Shown in pieces: positions 1 to 12,838 of a stretch of DNA of 64,000 nt. The stretch comes from Tubiluchus corallicola (taxonomy: Eukaryota; Animalia; Priapulida): assembly GCA_030141605.1 (NCBI GenBank), contig JAQGDQ010000059.1:372001-436000 (forward strand), written 5' to 3'. Below the pieces are notes generated by a model. The model ran no database searches. It was given only the letters and a program-made list of their open reading frames with translations, and was not told the DNA's origin. The first letter of the stretch is position 1. Each line of letters begins with the position of its first letter. Made by a program: the position numbers and the translations under genes.

Positions 1-3000
1 AAATTGTTATCAGTAAAATCATTTATATTGTGATTTTAGTTGATAGGCAGTTGTGTTGTAAGCTTGTACTAACTTATAAGCAATAAATCTTCTTGGTACT
101 GTGGTTTGTATTTAAATGTTAACTGCACATACTATGTTGAATGTGGCATTAGTTTCACGTATCAGGCTAACATTAACAGGAAAAATGTAAAATTTAATGG
201 TGTACAACTTACCATTTGCTATTGTGATAACTTTGCTGTGTTTCGACTGTCAGCTCTGAGATATTTCATCCTCTTGAATGTAAAATATCGTTCTTAGGAA
301 AATACTCCAGGTTTATTTATAATGTGGCAGCTTGTTATGACTGGAGTTGAACAACACATGCAAAATAATTGATACTTTGTTTGGGTAGTCAATATGTTAT
401 GGTTGCATGTGTATCATGTAAATGTAATTTATATTTTGCATGAATTGTTCCTAAAAATATTCTTGCACTGTACTTTTTGGAAAAATACTTGAACACCATA
501 CAGGATGATAAGCCATTTTTGAAGTAAAATATGCAATGATGTGAACAAGAATATAGTTACTCATTACAGCTGCTCAAATTTTACTAAAACATGGTCTGTG
601 ACCCATGGAGATTGATCATTAGTATTGTTATAATAAAACAGGAAATTACAGAAATCCAACTCGTTTCTTTTCGTCGTAATTTTTCTTGAGCCTGCATTAA
701 TAGTAGTTTTTGGCATGTTGACCTTGCATTGAATCTATACATGTATTAGCATTCTCTGTAAAAGGTAGGTTAAGATAAATGTGGCATCATCTAATGGGAT
801 GCACTTGATAAGTTGCTGTCGATTGGACGCTTGTCAACCATTATACTGTTTGTCACTATAAAGTTATCCTTAATATGGTTGATAATCATACCATGTGATT
901 CATCACAAAATGACCACACAGCACCTTCCCTGTAAATGAAGAATACCCATTAGAATTAACACTGTTATGGCTTGCATGAAAACTAGTTAGTTTTTTAAAG
1001 AGTTGATTGTGTAATTTAAATGTGCACGCCAATTGGTAAGATGATGGCACTGACTCATTTTCCTAGTGTGCAGCATTTTGACTCACCAAGGCTATTTAAA
1101 TTATTAATGAGATACAGTAATTTATACTTTTGTTTAGTTAGTGAAATGTGTGCTAGGAATGCTCTAATTATTTTTGTTCAAACGTTACATAGTGTTATTT
1201 AAAGTTGTTTCAGATAACTTACCGTTAAAGTGGCTGTGCCTAACGGCAGTCGCAGGAGTTTAAATTTTCAAGTTTTATACAGCATGTAAATGATATAAAA
1301 TTTCAAGATGAATTTTTAAGCTTTATTTATGAAGAGTATCTTCTTGTGATTTAATGCTTATCATAGCATTAATAATATCACAGTGTCTTATTAATAAGTA
1401 TAATGAAGTAAGTCTCACTTTCCATTATATAAAAAAATCTTAGTTTATTGCATGCCACAGTGGCTTATACATCACATAATTTCACTTCCTTATCATTAAA
1501 TAATCCCCTTAATACATGTATGTGCTGTAGCTTATGCTAAAAGAAAAATTGCAAACAAACATAACATCTTAATATCAGTACAATTAGTAACTAATCAGCT
1601 GGTCGCTCTTCATAATCACATAATCCAGCCAAATATGCTAATCATTGTTTTTATTTATTTTATTGTTCTCTACAGCATTTTTGCAGTACCAGATGGAAGG
1701 TCGACATCTGTTATTAATTTTGTCCTTTATACTTCGTTTAAAAGCATAAATTACATAAGTTAGTTAATTGCCAAATTTAAAAACCGACTCATCGAGTCTA
1801 CACTTGCTTTCTTTTTGACGAAAAAAATCTAAACTGATATACAATCCTGGACACTTGTTGTCATTTAACTTTGAGCTATTCTCTTATTATTAGACTTATG
1901 CAAAAATTGCACCATTAGCATTTCATAATCAACTTTTCCTGTTTGTAAAAAATGATAAATTTGAAATTATAGTTTACAGTATCACATCATTATAGAGAAC
2001 TTCCTTGGGATGCAAAAAAGCACCCAATAACTTAGGTACTCTATAAGCATATGCAGCTAATACATTACTAGATGGATAAGCATATGTTAGTAGTGTATAA
2101 ATAATCATACAGTGTGTGGCCTCAAGTACTTTTCGAAGGTGCTATAATCTTCTTTGCAGCAGTACAACCAAGAAATAAAATAAAACTAATTACTCAAATT
2201 TAACAAAATTTATTTTATGTGACTGCAGTAATGGACGTTTCACATTAAACTGCATGTACATTGTACACGTTCAGTTTTAAATGAATGTCCGAATGTACAC
2301 ATTCTGCGAAGTCACTGAGATTAGAAAGTTAGAAAAAGTTGGTCAATTTGTCTGAACAAATTACTGTTTGTCTCTTGCATAAGTTTTACAGCTAAGTCTT
2401 CTTTACTTCATAAAGTAGAAATGGCTGCAAACATCTCAAGCGAAATGTACCAGCAGAACTTTTTGCCAACTTTCTTTGTTTGCAAACTACTGAAGGCTTT
2501 TTATCACGATTTAAGATCAGAAATAATTAACAGAAAGAGAGAGAGAGAGCGCGCAGTTCTGTTCTTTGCGCCTTGACATGTTTGAGCTGCTAGTGTACAC
2601 TGCTGATTGCAAGTCATTATAAAAACTAGCTGGGTGCCAGAGGTTGAATGACACAACTTAAAACTGATTGTCTTTCTACAGTATACAACATGATAATTCC
2701 GCACAAAAATGTTCCCAGCTGTGCATGTCAAAGAACGTTAATCCTGACTGGCCTTGTATTGGTCAGCAATGAAAGATTAAGTTAACTGCAATTAATTTGC
2801 AAATAGCGGCGGAAATAAAATAAAGTGCACAATAAAAACTTATAAACACGTAATAACACAGGCAATCGGACCAGACAAAAAGTCCGCAACACGCAATAAC
2901 TGAGTATGCTGTATTTATAGTTGTTATACTATGTAAACGAATGCTGAAAATTTGTTCATTTTTGAGTTTGTATAAGCTGAGGGTATGCAACAAACCACGT

Positions 3001-3064
3001 TTGCTACAATTATGCTATACTGTAATAGAAAAACATTTACAATCACATAAAAACTATGTACAGG

Positions 3065-6000
3065 TCAGTATAAACAGCCTGGACTAGAATCAGCACACAT
3101 TTTGGAACCCATCAGAAGCTTTGTAATATTTTCCGGTGTTGACACTTCTAATCTTTCAACATTTTGTAGAAAGTTGTATTTTCTTAGCAGTGTCTAAAAG
3201 AAAAAGGATTTCCTCTCAAATTATTTCAGCCAAATGAATCAATCCTGCACTTTAGTATTACATAGGATGACTAATTGCCTTTGTAAAGAACCTCAGTAAA
3301 AACAGTTCATAAATTCATATCTCAATCTACCATAAATTCCAGCTGCTTGCAATTTAAAAATCATCATAAAAGATAGGATTGTTGAGGAACTTCAACGATA
3401 CAATGCAATTATGTTTTGACATTTTACAACATCAGATCTTTCTTAAAACCGAAGAAAAAACCTGCATAAGAAATTTTTTAGCTATGTAGTTTTAAAAGTC
3501 TTAAAGCATAAAACTTGCATACTGCCAAAATTATCCGCATCTGCAAAGATAAAATAAATAAAGCAAGTGCAAAAACTTTGAGGAATGATACATATGAGAT
3601 ATCCCCAAAAATTACTGTAAAAATTAGTTTACCTTTGTTCCTTTTAGATATTGCTAATGTTAATACCACATTAGAAAACTTTGTCAGAAACTGGTAGATG
3701 TGTGATCACCACGATTGACAAAATTTGTTAAAGGTATTAATTCATCTGATGTATTAGTTTTTACTCTATGATTTACTATATTGTAATAATATTTGTAACA
3801 CATTCACAAAACCTTTTCTGTGTTGTCATGCCAGTTTCCCTTCAAATATTGTATTTGTTCACTAGCAACTGATATGTTGCAGCGGTTACACAAATCTTCA
3901 ACTTGAAGTATGTCATCAAGAAGTAGTAGCTTCTGCAGATGTGCTGCTGGATACCTGAGAGATTTGCCACTGTAGGCGGAAGACATAACCTGGATTGCTA
4001 ACCTGTAAATTATGAAAAAATGAAAGCCAGAAAAATTAGTAATAATGTCACTATGTGAACTAAACTGAAGTGCTGTGCTGGTTATTGACTACTAAATTGT
4101 ATAGTACATTTGTTTATTTGTCTTAGAGTTGAAATTACTTGTTTTGACATCAACAGATTTTCTGAACAATAAATCTATACAAAAGCAAGCCCAGACGTTA
4201 GAGATAACATTTACTGGAACACTACTTGAATTAACTGTATAACAATAATTTTACGCATCTTGACTAATTTTTCTGATATTATTGATCTACCTAAGATAGT
4301 CAAGGTGTACACAACTGGAAGCCTTATAAGTAGTAAGTTTTATTACTAGTTGAAAAATATTTACCAAACTTGAATAAACAAAAAATTCACGACTCACCTG
4401 TGAAAAAATGGGATATGCTGATGTACTGCACAAAGCTCCAAGAAGTTTAACTTTTTCAGTAAACGAAAGAAACGCACATAGTTGCGCTCCCAGTGACATC
4501 GGTGTAAGTCAATTGCCATTTTTATTTTATTACAATTTCTAAAGAAGAACTAATTTCAATAAAAAAGGCATTAATAAGAAAAAACTCTTAAGTTTGTGGG
4601 ACAGAATTAACCCCAAATTTCCGACAAAGCTGGCTACTACATTAAAATAAACTTAAAGATGAAAAGGTGTGACTTAGTTTAAAAAAAAACTAACAAAACA
4701 AGTAAGTGCAGAATGCTTAAATAACTACACAACTGCTTGCAATCATCATAGTGCTAATTAGAAGTACAATCCAAGTGCTAACAAAAGCATACCTAACTTC
4801 AGCGAACTACAGCTATAAACTGTGCTTTAATCTAAACTTTAACATGCAAACTCTAGATTAGTAGTTAAATTTCTGATGCTACCCTGGCTAGCAAATGTTC
4901 AGTAAATTACTGTTGGCTTATTTGTTTTAAATGAAAATGCAAGTGATCAAGGTACATGGTACAATGAAAATATTTTAGGCAATTATTGATTATTCATCAA
5001 CAAATCTTGTATTAATTGGTTAAATATGTTACTAAGCCTACTGTCAATTTCTCCACATTTTGTTAAGTAAAATGATACTAGTGCCTCGAAAAAATGGTAC
5101 TAGTACGTACGTTTATAATAGTATAAGCAAAAGCACATAGTTGCAATATAACAGTAGTATTTAAAAGCTTCAGTTAGCTGGTATTGAAAGCTCAGAAACA
5201 AAAATGATGTCACATGTGATCTTGGAGATGCAAACAATAATTACTGTTTGCATTGGCTAACAGTGACTTTACTAAAAATAACAAAGTAGTGTAGATGTTA
5301 TTTTTTATCCTTAGAGTAAAAAAGTATCATAGATGCTGTTTTTTTTGTCTTTATCTGGTAAATAATTTTGAAAATACAAACAATAATCTAAGGTCAACCA
5401 CAAGTCCCAAACACTGATATCTCCTAATACTAAAAACGGGCTAATATTGTACACTGGCCTATGTCGTATAGACGTTTGTTATTCTCAGAATAACAACTAA
5501 GTATGTCGTTGTTTTTTCTTTGTTATTTAAAAATGAGAGTAAAAACAGCATTTATACTACTTTTGTTATTTTCAGTAAAGCTGTTGTCCAACATTAGCCA
5601 GTGTATGATATTAGTTTGTTTTACCAAAATGAAGGTATGTTAATTTCAAGATTCTGAACACATTTTTAAGTTTAAATTCCTCTAAAGCATATGATAACTG
5701 AAGAAGTTGCTTTATAAAATCACATAATTTGGATTTTCAATACCTCATGCTCTTTGACAAGTCATACAGACGCATCAGAGCTTTTTGAGATCCCAAGTGA
5801 AAAAGAAAATATAGAGATTCAAGTTCTTCCTTCCATTTAGATTCAGTTTCAGAAGCACCGAGAACCTCATAATGTTGAATAAGTGTGGCCATACAGTCTG
5901 CAATTTGCGTGTTGTTTAAGTGCGGATCAAACTGAGTCAATGGTGCATCACATAGCCTACAGTTAATGAAATTCTTCACAATATTAAATTATGTGGATAA

Positions 6001-8364
6001 GAGAGAAGGCATGATACATGAACAAGAAAGTTTTCACATGAAATTGTTTTTTTATATGCAAATTATACAGAGAAGCAAGGCTGCTCTATTAAAGGGCTTA
6101 ATTAGCTTATCTTCTGATTGGTTATTTGCAGTAATGACAGGAGAACAAGGCCAGTAATGTACCACTGATATACTAGCAACATATCTGTCACAACTACCTC
6201 TGTTTGTTTAAATGGAAAAATCAACACATGTTCAGTTTACATGAAATTTGTGTCTATCACTTGCACAAAGAAGTGAATGGTGATATTCACTTCTGAAAAA
6301 CAACTTTCAATTGCATTGCTGTTATCATGTTGCTTGTCTTCAACTGAAAAAAGTTGTCATCAAAAAATCAAATAAAAAATCATCTAATATTAGAATCTGC
6401 TATTCCCTATATAAAAATTAATTAAACAACTGGACCAGGCTACGGAATTTGTAATTCATTCTATATTGAGGCCAAAAGTTTATTATTTTACCCAAAAATT
6501 CTTTTGTAAGAAACCTGTAAGTGAAACTGACAAATTAGCTTTTACAATAAGCACATAAAACAAAGTTTCTAATGCTCACCTATAAGATGCATATAAATAG
6601 AAGCGTATACAGCTGTGTAGAATGCTGCAACTATGTGCATTGCAAATCATCTGAATGACCATGTCTTGTCTAATTTGTCTCAATCGATCATCAATAAAAT
6701 TGTAGATGACATGCCAGTCAATGTCAATTTCTTTCATGATGATGCTATTTAAATTAAACAAAGTTGTATAAATTTATATCAAAATACTGAGTTAGCAAGC
6801 TACTAACCATTGCACAAAAACAACCACAGTGCACAGTTAATAAGGCTGCGTGTTGCAGAACTTTTGGAATAATAAATATTTTGGCATGCCACTAAGAACA
6901 CTTATTTCTCTTAAAGTAGAATCTACTACAAAATTGACAGTGTTTTGCCAAAAAATATTAATGTGCAAGTAATATAAGCTGTACAAAGCTATAAAGCAAA
7001 AGATAGTATCATCTCTATTACCTGGATAACAGATAATTTGTAGTTTGAAGTAGGACTGGTGTTGGTCGAAATAGAAAAGAATCATATTTCACATATTCTT
7101 TTCCTGCAGCTGGTCTACTAAACTGTTTCACAGTTTTGTGTTTATCTGCCTTCAGCTTAATCTTGTGATCTTTTCTGCATTTAAAAATTTCAAAATATTG
7201 GGTTAAATTCATATAAAACACAATACAATGTCACCTATGTGTAGATGCAACATTTTAATGAAGCTTTACATGTGATGCATAGTTAAATATAGTTATTAAT
7301 AATATGCACGACATCAAAAGTAATGTATTACTTACAGTTCACTGGTTGGTTTTTGTGATACAACCTCGAAGGGATGCAGTATATTCTCCCTCTCTCTCCT
7401 ATAAAACAATTTTATTGTAAGAAAAGTATGTTCAAAAAAATAAATGTGAGGGTATGAAAGTCAAACGGAAACTACTATTAACAGACAAAGAAAAGCTCTC
7501 TCGTATTTCAAGTCCTAGGGAAACTACTATTATTAAAATGCCACATAAGAATTAAACATGCATGCTAATATCCATAGAATATGCATTTTCTTCTCACCTA
7601 CATGCAGGAGATAACTCAGCAAAGTTTCAACATAACAAAAGCACAAGTACTGTCAATATCTGCTTTATCATGCAAGCACAGTTGCCCAAGCTTTGACACT
7701 TTTGTTTTCTTCTATTACGAAATCACTATAACATAACGTTAGAATATTAAGAATGAAAAAACTAAACATAAGCCATAACGGGAAAACACAACATATTTAC
7801 CACACAGTGATCATGGTTCTTGAAACCTGCAGAACTATTTGTACAAACTGTGATAATAATTATTGTATAATTTTTTTAATGTAAATGATGTAGAACACAG
7901 AGCTTCTTTGCAACTTGTGAAAAACTGCTTTGTGACTTGTAAACACCAAGTCTGCTTATTCTAGCTGGCACACTGTCAACAGATTATGCTCTTATAATAT
8001 AGTAGCCTCACCTCAGCATAAGACTGAAACAATCATTTACTGGAAGAAAGAAAAAGAATCAGAAGAAAAATATTTGTGGCCCCTATGTGCCAGTAATGCA
8101 TTCCTGTGATATTAACAGCAATGTAAAAATACACTCTTTTTTCCAAAGCTCACCAAGGCAAAAGATAAGATCACATGCAGATCATTTCAACAATGGCATG
8201 GTAGCTGTAATTTGGCTTGTATGCTGCAACGTCATAGCAACATTAATAATTTAAGATTAAGACAAGTATCAAAACATGTGAACTCACCTAATTGTTTCTG
8301 ATTCAGGACACATCAATTGACATGTTCCTTCAACTTTTGGCTTCCAATTTGAACTTTGGAACAT
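3065..8364 (-). CDS. SAC3D1: SAC3 domain-containing protein 1-like (Sac3/GANP family), 8 coding exons, ~376 aa
   Basis: Exons 5'->3' on minus: 8364-8288, 7398-7336, 7174-7022, 6744-6580, 5956-5744, 4538-4398, 4002-3813, 3193-3065. All introns are GT-AG with compatible phases; total 1131 nt. Sac3/GANP motifs: GTCQLMCPESETIRRERENILHPFE, TVKQFSRPAAG, FRPTPVLLQTTNYLL, WHVIYNFIDDRLRQIRQDMVIQ, FDPHLN, NYVRFFRLL, MSSAYS. The short length (no GANP extensions) fits SAC3D1. Confidence 0.88.
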
Positions 8365-9263
8365 GTCATCAGTTCACATAACTGACCCTTGATTGAAGTC
8401 TCACTGAAATCTATGGAAGTTCAAGTAAAAATCCTATTTCAAAGTCACCTACTTCTTTGAGCAAGCTCCACAATGCCAATGAGTCTATAATAAAGCAAAT
8501 TTTCTACATTTCAATAGATAATTTTGATTTGCTCTTATTCATAGATAAAGATTATATTAATGTGGATATACACTAAAGTTGAACTGATGGTAAAAATTAA
8601 TTTCTTAAATAAAAGGTAAATTATTCCAGGCAACAAAGGTTGCAAGAAAGAATATTGCGTGAAGTAAGCACAGCAAACTTGGTATAAAGATAAATTGTCA
8701 TGGTTTCTCAATAAACATGCAGGTACATCTCTGTTGGTTGATGGCATTAACTCAAACAACAAGTAGGAGAAGTGTGATTTACAATTTTATGAAAAGTACT
8801 TAGTACATGAAATATGCGTCTTTTACAGAAGTTTTCCGAAGCTAACTTCAAACAACAGATTATCAGAGCTGGTGCTTTTCAGTTCATAGCTATATAAAGG
8901 ATGTAGGTGGTATATTTTGAACTTTTTCCATGTTTTCAGATAAAGACTGAGGAATGTTGCACCACACAATATTAGTGTGTTCACATTCAATGCAGTTTAT
9001 AAGTTTACATGTGTTCAACGTTCTTTGCTTCTCACCTGTGCATACAATTCGCAATATAGCATTACACGCTCTGCAGTTTAAATGTCTTTTCCAACATTTG
9101 CAATTTCTTTTAATGAGGAAGTAATCTACTTTCAAGCATACAAGGGATTTCCCAGCAGCTCTAGTGCGCTGAACAATGGCTTTGGCAAGTAAATCAGCTT
9201 CCATCATTCAGAGCTCAAAAGCTATACAATTTTTGAAATCCCTGTACTTGTTAACCATGGAGC

Positions 9264-9800
9264 CAGTGGCAGCTCATGTATAGGTAGTGCAGAACAGCAG
9301 CACCCCTATTTTCACTCATTATTATCAATAATATTCAATATAATATTTTTTCTTTAGTACTTTCTTTATACTTGTACAGTCCAGAGCATGTGAGGGTTGT
9401 ACTGTTTGCTTCACAGCCCAGCACAGTGCGCCCACAGCTCAAGCAACGTGGTGTTTGGCTATTGTGCATATGCGGCCATGCGCACATGTCTGGCTACACT
9501 TTAGGTAGAAAGAGTACTATCGCTCACGCAGTGTATGTTGTCAGTTGTCACGTGGTTAAAAGCCGTATACCGGCATACTTGTATTCTTGAACTGCAACAA
9601 GTTAAGCTATTCGTAAGCAAACAATATTTTTTGGTTTTTGGTTTTATCAAGTTTATGTATAAATTTTCATGTTTATTTGTTTAAAAATACAAGTACAAAT
9701 TACACCATTAAAATTACATGTATGTTTCGTTTTACGCAGTGTTAAAACAATGGCTAAAAATTTCCTGAAGCAGTACCCCCAGTAATATTAGCTACGAGCT
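9264..9800 (+). mobile_element. Non-autonomous hAT-like DNA transposon (CAGTGGCGGCTC-type end), copy 1
   Basis: Starts CAGTGGCAGCTCATGTATAGG. 9264-9495 aligns with the reverse complement of 63085-63259. A degenerate right-end-like GCAGTACCCCC...TACGAGCTG lies near 9770-9800. Right boundary approximate. Confidence 0.6.
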
Positions 9801-10599
9801 GGAGTATCTACCTACTCAATTATATAATACACATTTTTGATCGTTTTTGAGCAACAACTTTTTTTGCTGTCATAATAAGTGCACATTTGTCTTAACTTCG
9901 AAGCATGACGAGAATTATGGTAGCTGTGGTGAGTGGATAAATGACCAAAATTTACATAAGATCATTAAAATGTTAAATTAAATATTAAAAATTAATTGCT
10001 TGTGCTTCTAATTGCTTTAGCGATGAACACTCGAGCACATCAAACCTGTATACACATCACACGCTTTTCCCAATTGTTTACTAGTATAAATTTTATTCAG
10101 GCCTGACTCATTTAGCTTCCCTTATGTTGTAACAAAGCTAAACACAAGTAACCCAAATTTGTCACTGCCCTGGCCATGATGGACTGCCTTTTAAATCTAT
10201 GGTTGTATTCACCAAGTGCTCAGTCCCTCTGCAGTATATTAATAATTTCAATATATTGTTATAATTACACAACCTATTCAATACAGCCTTCTTTATTTGG
10301 ATTTGCTTACTCCAAGGTTTTTTTTCACCACATCATAAAAATCAATACTGGACATTTTGTAGCACAGAATATTTTCCAATAAATAAAATTGTTTAAGTTT
10401 GACAACAATATTTCTGACGTGGTCAGAAACTGAAGATTTTGCAATAATAGTTATAAATTTGGGCCTTAAAATGAAGAGATGACAGTTTTTTGTGAAAGTG
10501 CTTATTTTCTTTTATTGAATTCACCTTGCTTGAACACATGGGAAGTGCATTTCACAATGAATCCTAACAGTTCAGCCAATCATTAAGGGGTTAAAAGTC

Positions 10600-11150
10600 A
10601 ACCCACCTTGTGCATAACTTATGTCATTCAGTTTGTCTCATTGAGACCTTTCATTTGATATACAACAAGCTACTTTTGGTAGACCATGGAAGGCACTTGC
10701 CTCCTGGACCCCTATTTTGCCCTTAACTGGGTCACAGGTTAATGATTCACACTGTTACCTATACCATTTGATTTGTCACATGCTACTATTCGTAGACTCT
10801 TGATGCATTTCTGTTCCTGACCCCATTTTTTAGTTTTTGCCCCCTAGCGGGGTCGCAGGTTAACTATTCTCATTGTAACTTATGCCGTTTGATCCGCCTC
10901 ACCGAGACCGTTCATTTAATATGCTACAAGGTACCATTGCTCAACACTCGGTGCACTTCTGTTCCCGACCCCCATTTTTCGGTTTTTGCCCCATAGCGGA
11001 AAGTTTTGCTACATGCGCACGTCACATATTTTGTGATGTGCAAGGCCACAATATCGCCTACCAACATACCAAATATTGTGGCCCCGGCTCAAAAACTGTG
11101 GGAGCAGACGGATAATAAAGAAAAACAAATAAAGACCAGCCCACTCCGTG
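10600..11150 (+). mobile_element. Helentron-associated (HINE/DINE-1/pearl-like) non-autonomous element with ~120-150 bp internal tandem core repeats
   Basis: Three diverged units start near 10615, 10756 and 10877 and share A(A/C)CTTAT...TTTG, GACCCC(T/A)TTTT and GGGTC(A/G)CAGGTTAA. They are followed by TACCAAATATT...AAAAACTGTGGGAGCAGAC and a short AAAC/AAAT simple repeat. Family assignment is by architecture only. Confidence 0.5.
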
Positions 11151-11242
11151 ACCCTACAACTCTGGTCACATGTATACGTACATAACTTTGCCAGTGAGTG
11201 TACTCTGTGAGTTTTGTGTCCCTAGCCCTCAGCATACATGTA

Positions 11243-11526
11243 AAAGGTCACCAACTGGGAGACCCTAAATTTTGCATTTTGGTTCCTCCCTCGGGCGTTT
11301 AGAACTTCCCAGCTTTGTAAAAGCCCAGGTGCACATCTACCCCACAGTACACAAATACTTGTGAAAAAAATTTGCAAAAAATCAAAAGTGCTAGGAGATG
11401 CAAAAATCAAAAGAAAAACTGACCGACGTCCAATGCCCTTCCCCCTTGACCAGTGATCACTGGTTACTACACTGTTGTACGTCCACCCGCCCAGGGCTAC
11501 CAACCACAGGGGGTTTGGTGACCCTA
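11243..11526. mobile_element. Short MITE/HINE-like element with AGGTCACCAA / TTGGTGACCCT inverted ends
   Basis: Inverted 10-11 bp motifs ~280 bp apart, with a GC-rich 3' segment. No TSD identified. Confidence 0.35.
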
Positions 11527-12442
11527 GCTTGCAAGGGTCATTATTAACCCTAACTTCTAACTACTATTGAGTAGCTTTATTAAGTTATTATAGTTATTAA
11601 AGTTGCGGAGAATAAGAATAATAAATAACTCAATGAAAAACAGCAAGATTTTTCTACAGCAAAATCTTAATAATAGCAATAATAATAATAATAATAATAA
11701 CAGTTTAGAGTTATTTCTGCATATTTCAATCCCACTAGTTCCAAATTGGACTTTAGAAGCAATACAAGAAATCTTCAATTTTTTAAAGTCGTTATTAATT
11801 TTGTTGCAGGACAGATTTATGGCCTAATTGCACGTTTTGTAGTCTGCACAGGCTCGATAACAACCTGGCCTCACTAATAGATTTTGCAAGCGCCTATGCG
11901 AATGAGTTGGTATGGAATAGGGAAACCCCAAAAGCTATTCTCATTCAAAATTATAGTGCAAATTTGTTAAATTTTATGTGTTAATTTAGACATCGCAGGC
12001 TACCAAACCACAATTTTTGCCGTTATCATCCCTAGCCCCTGCAGTACAATAATAAAAATTATTTTACGATAGCGATAGTGTATGAGACATAATAATATTT
12101 ATTACCATAATGATGTAACAATATCAATAGTTTGTCCGCATGTATTGAATGCTACTATTGTACTGAATGTGATAATAATAAAACTTCATCATCGTCATAT
12201 TATTCAATTATTATTAGGAAATTTTTGAGTTAAAACAACAGAGATAGAATAGATTCTTAATAAGGCCAGGCAGACTCGCGACCAAACACAAGAACTGTTA
12301 AAGCAATGTCCTCTGTCAGTTTACAGGTTTAGTAGAAAGCGACTTGTGTTCTAGTTTGAATCAGAATGTCTACATAGTGGACAGTCAGCTTTCTATAGTT
12401 GTTTTAGCTTTTTGACTCAATTATTTGGAAAGAGGTAACCAT

Positions 12443-12838
12443 TAGGGGTGAGCATCGAACGTTCGAATCGAATTCGATTCGAACGAGTTTTTTTAGTTCG
12501 AACTCGATTCGAATCCAAAACTATAGATTCAAATAATTCAGCACTTCAATCACACATGTTCTTTATCACTAAAACGATTGAAACATCATGCGATTAGCAT
12601 AATGTAGCTGTGATTTCTGCACACAATTTTAAAGAAATTACTAGTCGTTTTATTGCAGAACAAAATCTAGTGATATGCATTATCTTTGTAAGACTAATTT
12701 TTGCTGGTGGTTCGAAAACTTGTTCGAAAATCTTTCGATCTCAATTCGAATTCGAAACACTGAAGTTCGGTTCGAATTCGAAAGTCACAAATTTGGTTCG
12801 ATTCGAATTCGCTTTCCGGTAGAGAATGCTCACCCCTA
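12443..12838. mobile_element. hAT-family MITE, 396 bp, complete
   Basis: Perfect 13-bp TIRs TAGGGGTGAGCAT / ATGCTCACCCCTA. Perfect 8-bp TSD GTAACCAT at 12435-12442 and 12839-12846. Dense subterminal TTCGAA/TTCGAT repeats at both ends. Confidence 0.9.

Noticed and set aside
1-1500. Possible 3'UTR of a plus-strand gene entering from the left
   Set aside because: AT-rich with AATAAA motifs, but no coding exon is visible in the window, so it cannot be supported.
12455-12815. GAA/TTC-rich clusters as heat-shock elements
   Set aside because: Spacing is TTCGAA/GAATTC rather than nGAAnnTTCn, and the clusters are explained as hAT MITE subterminal repeats.
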